Origin: Patescibacteria group bacterium
GTDB taxonomy: Bacteria; Patescibacteriota; UBA1384; JACPKC01
Length of the DNA stretch: 64,000 nt
NCBI GenBank assembly: GCA_050944875.1
Contig: JBMNRW010000004.1
Location: 1,304-65,303, forward strand
Reading direction: 5' to 3'
Each line of letters starts with the position of its first letter. The stretch's first letter is position 1. Of this stretch, positions 58,931 to 64,000 are shown piece after piece. The notes under the pieces were generated by a model. The model was not told the origin of the DNA, did not search any database, and worked only from the letters and a program-made list of their open reading frames with translations. The position numbers and the translations under genes are program-made.

Positions 58931-60004
58931 CTACACCTCCTGAACCGACTGAACGAGCACAGGACGGAGCGCGTCGAGATCCTCAAGGACAACTCCGGTA
59001 CCACGCACCACCGCAGTGAGCGGGTCCTCGGTAATGTGGATCGCCGTCCCCGTATGCTGTTGGATTAATCGGTCCAATCCCCGCAAGAGTGCGCCACCGC
59101 CAGCCAGCGCAATACCACGCACCATAATATCGGCGACGAGCTCAGGCGGTGTCTCCTCGATCGTATCCTTGATCGCAGAGACGATCTGCAGCACTGACTT
59201 ACTCAGCGCCCGGCGGATCTGCTCGTCATTCACCATAAGCTCCCGCGGTAGACCGGATACCAGATCTCGACCGCGGATCGGTACGACCTCGGGCTTTGAG
59301 CTGTACTGGAGCGCAGAGCCGATCTGGAGCTTGATGTCTTCGGCCATGCGGTCCCCGATAAGGAGCTTGAGCTCGTCGCGGGCGAATGACTTAATGTCTT
59401 CATTGAGCTCATCGCCAGCGATGCGGAGTGATCGACTCGCGACAATACCGCCGAGCGAGATCACCGCGACCTCTGTCGTGCCGCCGCCAATATCGACGAT
59501 AAAGCTGCCGCTCGGCTCCTGAATCGGTAGGCGGGCGCCGATAGCCGCCGCTACGGGCTCCTCGATGAGGTACACCTCACGTGCGCCAGCGTTGAGCGCA
59601 GCTTCCTCCACCGCACGTCGCTCTACCTCAGTCACGCCGTACGGGATTCCAACGACAATGCGCGTCCGAGAGAGAAAGCGGAAGCCGTGATCGGCGTGCA
59701 CCTTCGCAATGAAGTACTTGAGCATCTGCTCCGTGACTTCGTAGTCCGACACGACACCGTCGACAAGCGGACGCACAGCCACGATATGGGCTGGCGTACG
59801 ACCAACCATCTTTCTTGCATCGTCGCCGATCGCAAGGATTTGCTTCGTCCGCTGGTTCACCGCAACAACAGAGGGCTCATTGATGAGAATCCCTTTGCCA
59901 CGGATGTACACCAAGGTATTCGCCGTCCCGAGGTCAATACCGATATCGTGCGTCCCCCAGGAAAATAGCTTGTTGAGCACGCCGCCTCCACTTCTCTGTC
60001 GCAC
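58931..60004 (-). CDS. mreB: Rod shape-determining actin homolog MreB
   Basis: DIGIDLGTANTLVY, ...IVDIGGGTTEVAVISLGG..., GIALAGGGALLRGLD. Confidence 0.94.
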   Translation of the reverse strand: MRQRSGGGVLNKLFSWGTHDIGIDLGTANTLVYIRGKGILINEPSVVAVNQRTKQILAIGDDARKMVGRTPAHIVAVRPLVDGVVSDYEVTEQMLKYFIAKVHADHGFRFLSRTRIVVGIPYGVTEVERRAVEEAALNAGAREVYLIEEPVAAAIGARLPIQEPSGSFIVDIGGGTTEVAVISLGGIVASRSLRIAGDELNEDIKSFARDELKLLIGDRMAEDIKLQIGSALQYSSKPEVVPIRGRDLVSGLPRELMVNDEQIRRALSKSVLQIVSAIKDTIEETPPELVADIMVRGIALAGGGALLRGLDRLIQQHTGTAIHITEDPLTAVVRGTGVVLEDLDALRPVLVQSVQEV

Positions 60005-60040
60005 TGGGGAGCGTACCAGATCTCAGGCGCACCTCAAGGG

Positions 60041-61090
60041 TTAGCGGAGGTACTGTCGTTTATTTGCCGCGTGCTCAGCAAGCGTCCGCGCGAAGTGCGT
60101 GCGACCACTACTATCGCTCAGGAAGTAGAGGTACTCGTGCTCGGCCGGAGCAGCGGCGGCCTGGAGCGACGCCAACCCGGGGTTCGCGATCGGGCGGGGC
60201 GGAAGCCCAGTGTTGCGGTACGTACTGAATGGCGAATCGACACCCTGGTAGTCTGCAACCGTGATCGTCGGCCACCACTGCACCGCCCCACAGCTGGAGC
60301 GAGTACCTGTAGCAACAAGGAGGCACGCGGCATTTGCCTGGTTCGCCTTCGCGTACTGCACCGTGGGATCAGCATCGAGCGACATACCTGCATCAATCCG
60401 GTTCTGGTACACCCCCGCGATGAGCGGCCGGTCCTCATCGAACCTCGCCTCCCGCTCAACGATCGAAGCGAGGATGACGGTATCATACGTCAGCGTGAGT
60501 CCATCCGTACGACGCAGGAAGTTGGCGACAAATCTCCCGACTACCTCTGTGGCCGAGGAATCCAGGGCGAAGCGGTACGTGTCTGGGAAGAGGAATCCGT
60601 CCACGTACTCAGTGCCCGCAAGCTGGAGTCGAGCGACCAGTGCCGGGTAGGCGGCAACACTCGAGACAGCGGCGCCGAATGTGGCGCGATCAGTAACAAC
60701 CTCTTCCTGCACGAGGCGGTCAGCGATTTCTTCAGCCCGCCACCCCTCGGGGATCGTGACGCTGTTCTCCGCCACTTCGCCGTCAGCGAGCATCGAGAGG
60801 AGCTCACTAGGCGCTTGTGACGCTCGGAGCGAGTAGGTTCCTGGTTTCGCGACCACTCCTTGCACCCGTCCGAGCACAGTGAACCAGAACACCGACGGGA
60901 TGAGTGACTGTGCGCGTAAGTCGGTCGCGATCGTCTGCAGGGCAGCACCTTGCTCAACTCGCACAAGCACAGGCGCCGTCTCTTCGGCACTTACTGGACG
61001 CGCCGTCCCCCACCATGCCCAGACGAGCATCGCTGCGACGAGGAGCGCGAGGGTGCCGAGGAGCGCGAGTACGGTCAGCATTCGTCTCAT
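60041..61090 (-). CDS. mltG: Endolytic murein transglycosylase MltG (YceG-like)
   Basis: TM anchor; ...ASIVEREA...AGVYQNRIDAGMSLDADPTVQYA... Confidence 0.85.
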   Translation of the reverse strand: MRRMLTVLALLGTLALLVAAMLVWAWWGTARPVSAEETAPVLVRVEQGAALQTIATDLRAQSLIPSVFWFTVLGRVQGVVAKPGTYSLRASQAPSELLSMLADGEVAENSVTIPEGWRAEEIADRLVQEEVVTDRATFGAAVSSVAAYPALVARLQLAGTEYVDGFLFPDTYRFALDSSATEVVGRFVANFLRRTDGLTLTYDTVILASIVEREARFDEDRPLIAGVYQNRIDAGMSLDADPTVQYAKANQANAACLLVATGTRSSCGAVQWWPTITVADYQGVDSPFSTYRNTGLPPRPIANPGLASLQAAAAPAEHEYLYFLSDSSGRTHFARTLAEHAANKRQYLR

Positions 61091-61455
61091 CGAACCTCCC
61101 GAATGTACTGCTCAAGGATCAGGCGCGCCGCCCGCGCATCGGTATCGCCGCCTTGACCCTCCTGCGCAAACTGTCGCTCGGCCTCCTTTGTCGTTAGTGC
61201 CTCATCAACGGCAAGGACAGGCACGCCTGCCGATGCCGTGAGCGCACTAAGGAGCGACGCGGTCTCTTGTGCGTACGTCGTGCCTACGAGAATGCGCTCA
61301 GCTTGGTACCGCCCGACGAGCTCACGCACTCTATCGAGCACCTGCGCAATGCCATCCGCACGAATCGTCGGGAGCTCAAGAACAAGCGCGCCACCAGTCG
61401 GATTGACGGCGGCCCCGATTCGCCTGACACCAAGATCGAGCGCGAGCATAACCAT
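61087..61455 (-). CDS. ruvX: Holliday-junction resolvase-like RuvX/YqgF
   Basis: MLALDLGVRRIGAAV..., 122 aa RNase H-like. Confidence 0.8.
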   Translation of the reverse strand: MVMLALDLGVRRIGAAVNPTGGALVLELPTIRADGIAQVLDRVRELVGRYQAERILVGTTYAQETASLLSALTASAGVPVLAVDEALTTKEAERQFAQEGQGGDTDARAARLILEQYIREVR

Positions 61456-61467
61456 GGCTGCACCTAC

Positions 61468-63093
61468 CTACTTCCGTTCGAGCACGAGGTCGATCTGGGA
61501 GTACTGACGAGGAACGCTCCGTCGGAAACTCGGCCGAAGTGAAACGCCAGCGGATCGAATACCAGGTTGCGTCTTGAGTATCGCCTCCGCCTCAAGCTGC
61601 CCCTTGCCCGCGACGAGCGCCTTGAGTGCTCCTTCGTCAACTCGCTGGACTGACTCCGCCTCAACGTTCGCTTCAAGCGTCAGCGTTCCCTCGGCGTAGT
61701 TGGCGCGACGGACCGTTGTCTTTAGAGCATCATTGCCACGGAGCAACAGCTGCCGACCCTCGCCGAGCCGATGTTCGACGAGCGAGGTAACCATAGCACG
61801 GTACGCATCTGGCTCTGCCGCGATTGTCCGAGCGCGAACAGTCGCAGACACCTCGAACACCTCTGCCTCATCACCCGGTGCACGAGATACCGCCGGGTCA
61901 ATCGCTTCAACCTCTACCGCCCCCTCAACGAAGAGCGCGTCCTTCGCAGCCCCCTTGAGCTCGGCAATGAGTTCTGCTTTTGGCCGATCGGCGAGCGCCT
62001 GCTTCGCTTTGGCGACGTCCTCTTCGGTAACTACCTTGACCGTGCGGCTCTCGCCGCCAGAGAACGCTGCCGTGTTTGCGCCTGTCACTTTTTCCTGCTT
62101 CGCCGTGGTGAGACTTGCGACGACAAACTGCCCCGGACCCACATTCGCAGCGTCGCCCGGTTCCGCAGCTTCCACCTTGACCTCTGCTGTTCCCGGCGTC
62201 ACAGCGACGTTCCCCTTACTGTCAATCGTCGCTGTCGCGGCGGGGACCGTGACCGGAGCCATCGAGCGGAAGCGCAATCCGCCTCGGGTCAGTTCCGTTC
62301 CGGCCGGGAGGCTAAGCGTTTCACCGAGCCGGTTCGTAATCCCAACTGTGCCCGACGCTTTCGTTCCGACGTCTTTCGAGCCAGTCGCTGGGAACTGCTC
62401 CTTCACTGCCCGCTCCGCCTGAAGCTTCTGGCCAGGTACGTGACCTGTCTCGGTATTCGGCTGCTCAATGTTATTGTCGGCAATCACCTCGACGGTTTCT
62501 CGTACTGGATCTGTGGCGACGCCGAGGACGATCGTTGCGCGCGGGTACACGAAGAAAAACCAAGCGCCCCCACCCACCAGCGCAGCCATTAGCGCCCCTG
62601 CCAGGAGCCGACGCGACCGGCGCGGTGGCTTTGCCGCTGGCGGCGGCGTAGTTGACTGAGAAGTACCTAGTGGCTGTGGCACTACGGGTGTGGACGACAC
62701 TGCGCCTTCACTGGCGTCGTACCGACGGACCGGCACAGGACTCTCCGAATCCGAGACACCTTCTTCTGGTCGACTATCAACCTCGATGACATCGTCGATA
62801 TCGGGCTTTGGTGAGGTCGACGGTGTAATGGGCTTCGAATCAGTGACCGAGGAATACACCGGGATACCAGCCTGTGTCGCCAGGTGGATTCCCGTCGCGT
62901 CTTGCGTGACAAACGCGATGCGCTTCTTTAGTCGCTCCGCCTCTCGCTTCAGCAGCTTCACGTTCACCGCGCTCTGGACGAGCTGTGCGTTCTTCGGTAG
63001 CACGAGCGACACCGCCCGCGCGTCAGCACGCTTCAGCTTATCGACAACTGAGGTGATTTCCTCGTCTGGCTCTAAGTAGAGTACGTCGTCCAT
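61468..63093 (-). CDS. Bitopic membrane protein (about 170-aa cytoplasmic N-domain, TM, large Ala/Val/Thr-rich ectodomain), partner of the upstream FtsA-like gene
   Basis: TM LLAGALMAALVGGGAWFFFV; no recognisable catalytic motif. Confidence 0.45.
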   Translation of the reverse strand: MDDVLYLEPDEEITSVVDKLKRADARAVSLVLPKNAQLVQSAVNVKLLKREAERLKKRIAFVTQDATGIHLATQAGIPVYSSVTDSKPITPSTSPKPDIDDVIEVDSRPEEGVSDSESPVPVRRYDASEGAVSSTPVVPQPLGTSQSTTPPPAAKPPRRSRRLLAGALMAALVGGGAWFFFVYPRATIVLGVATDPVRETVEVIADNNIEQPNTETGHVPGQKLQAERAVKEQFPATGSKDVGTKASGTVGITNRLGETLSLPAGTELTRGGLRFRSMAPVTVPAATATIDSKGNVAVTPGTAEVKVEAAEPGDAANVGPGQFVVASLTTAKQEKVTGANTAAFSGGESRTVKVVTEEDVAKAKQALADRPKAELIAELKGAAKDALFVEGAVEVEAIDPAVSRAPGDEAEVFEVSATVRARTIAAEPDAYRAMVTSLVEHRLGEGRQLLLRGNDALKTTVRRANYAEGTLTLEANVEAESVQRVDEGALKALVAGKGQLEAEAILKTQPGIRSAGVSLRPSFRRSVPRQYSQIDLVLERK

Positions 63094-63102
63094 ATACCTC
63101 CA

Positions 63103-64000
63103 CTATGCCCTGAGTGAGCCCAGAATGCGACCCATCAACCCGTCAGACACCGCCGATGGCCCAACAAGGTCGATCGCGAGGTTGGCCAGTGCCATTGGCG
63201 TAATGTCTTGCACGGTGTGGAGCTGATTCGTCGTGTCCCGAACCGTCACCACCTCCTCGGGCTTCAAGAAGTGTACGCTCGGCTTTCGGGCAAAGGGCAA
63301 CCCCTTGTACCAAGTCGATCCGTTCAAAGCCTCTGCGATGTCCGGTAAGTTACTGCCACCACCACAGAGAAGCACGCGCGACGGGAGGAGCTCGGCGTTC
63401 GTAAACTCAGAGAGTGTCAACTCGATGCCTGACAACCAAACGTCAATATCAGTCTCGAGCGTCTTCTTCACCTCGGCCGACTCACTCTTCGGCAACGTGC
63501 CGGCAGCGTACGCGAACTTTCGCTCCTCTGCCTCGGCAAACGAGAGGTCGAAACTCCCCATAATGCGCTTTGTGAACGCCCGACCGCCAAGCGCGAACAT
63601 CTTCGTCCCGACGAGCCCGCCGTTATTCACGACCGCCACATCTGACGTTCCGCCACCGATATCGATGAAAATCGCCGAGAACTCTGTCGACTCTTGCGGG
63701 CCGTTAATCCGGGCGACGGCGTACGGCTCAGCGGCGACGGAGAGTAGGTCGAGATCGAGCTCCTCGGCGATCGTCTGCAGGGCACCGAGGTGGACGATCG
63801 GGGCGAATGCCGAGTACACACCCACTTGCACTTCTCTTCCCTGGAACCCGAGCGGATTCGTAACTTTGTACCCGTCGATGCGGACATCGACGATCGCCGC
63901 ATTCACGAGGCGGACATCGATTTCAGCTTGGCCGGTCTCCCACGCCAAGAGGGAACGCGCCCGGTCGTGCGCACGACGCTGGACGTTCTCAATGATCTGC
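63103..64000 (-). CDS. FtsA/PilM-like actin-family ATPase, 5'-truncated by the window end
   Basis: AIFIDIGGGTSDVAVVNNGGLVGTKMFALGGRAFTKRI and VLLCGGGSNLPDIAEAL match FtsA 2A/2B motifs; about 110 N-terminal residues lie outside the window. Confidence 0.7.
   Translation of the reverse strand, partial: QIIENVQRRAHDRARSLLAWETGQAEIDVRLVNAAIVDVRIDGYKVTNPLGFQGREVQVGVYSAFAPIVHLGALQTIAEELDLDLLSVAAEPYAVARINGPQESTEFSAIFIDIGGGTSDVAVVNNGGLVGTKMFALGGRAFTKRIMGSFDLSFAEAEERKFAYAAGTLPKSESAEVKKTLETDIDVWLSGIELTLSEFTNAELLPSRVLLCGGGSNLPDIAEALNGSTWYKGLPFARKPSVHFLKPEEVVTVRDTTNQLHTVQDITPMALANLAIDLVGPSAVSDGLMGRILGSLRA

Overview
This is a 64 kb window of high-GC (about 60%) bacterial chromosome, mostly compact housekeeping operons with two small accessory islets and several orphan transcripts. 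The backbone reads as follows. Plus strand: uvrB, uvrA and a short uvrC, contiguous. Minus strand: a GT2 glycosyltransferase, pgi, the F-type ATP synthase operon atpZ-B-E-F-H-A-G-D-C, and a block ftsE-ftsX-M23 peptidase-ruvB. Also on the minus strand: znuABC with a divergent zur, nfo, secA, hpf, serS, lysS and greA, then a cell-shape block mrdA(PBP2)-mreD-mreC-mreB-mltG-ruvX with a 5'-truncated ftsA-like gene at the window end. Six tRNA genes are present, all encoding CCA (Arg-TCT, Lys-CTT, Glu-TTC, Thr-CGT, Gly-CCC, Asp-GTC). A short UvrC lacking the HhH domain, a DUF5652-like mini membrane protein, LTD-domain proteins and the rarity of Shine-Dalgarno motifs on core genes are tentatively consistent with a Patescibacteria/CPR-like host. 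This is inference only. Accessory signals stand out in several places. There are two paralogous consensus promoter-plus-leader modules (TTGACA-N17-TAGAGT at 228 and 14572) heading long GC-rich stretches with no convincing ORF. There is an AT-rich islet next to tRNA-Arg (small basic protein, XRE regulator, DUF5652 membrane protein). There is a roughly 3.7 kb island (14.5-18.3 kb) of tiny ORFs with unusually strong SD sequences, a frameshifted lipoprotein gene, hairpins and A-tract direct repeats, next to a tRNA-Gly locus flanked by tRNA-Gly fragments. An operon couples a NYN RNase-like protein, a minimal class-III nucleotidyl-cyclase-like protein and an IMPase-family phosphatase, a candidate nucleotide-signalling or defence module. 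Other items are a cluster of LTD-domain proteins, a NUDIX-HAD fusion, and an orphan 320-aa Cys/Trp-rich protein behind a long structured 5' leader. No CRISPR array, rRNA, integrase or transposase was seen. All coordinates and calls come from reading the sequence and the supplied ORF track, and no database search was run.
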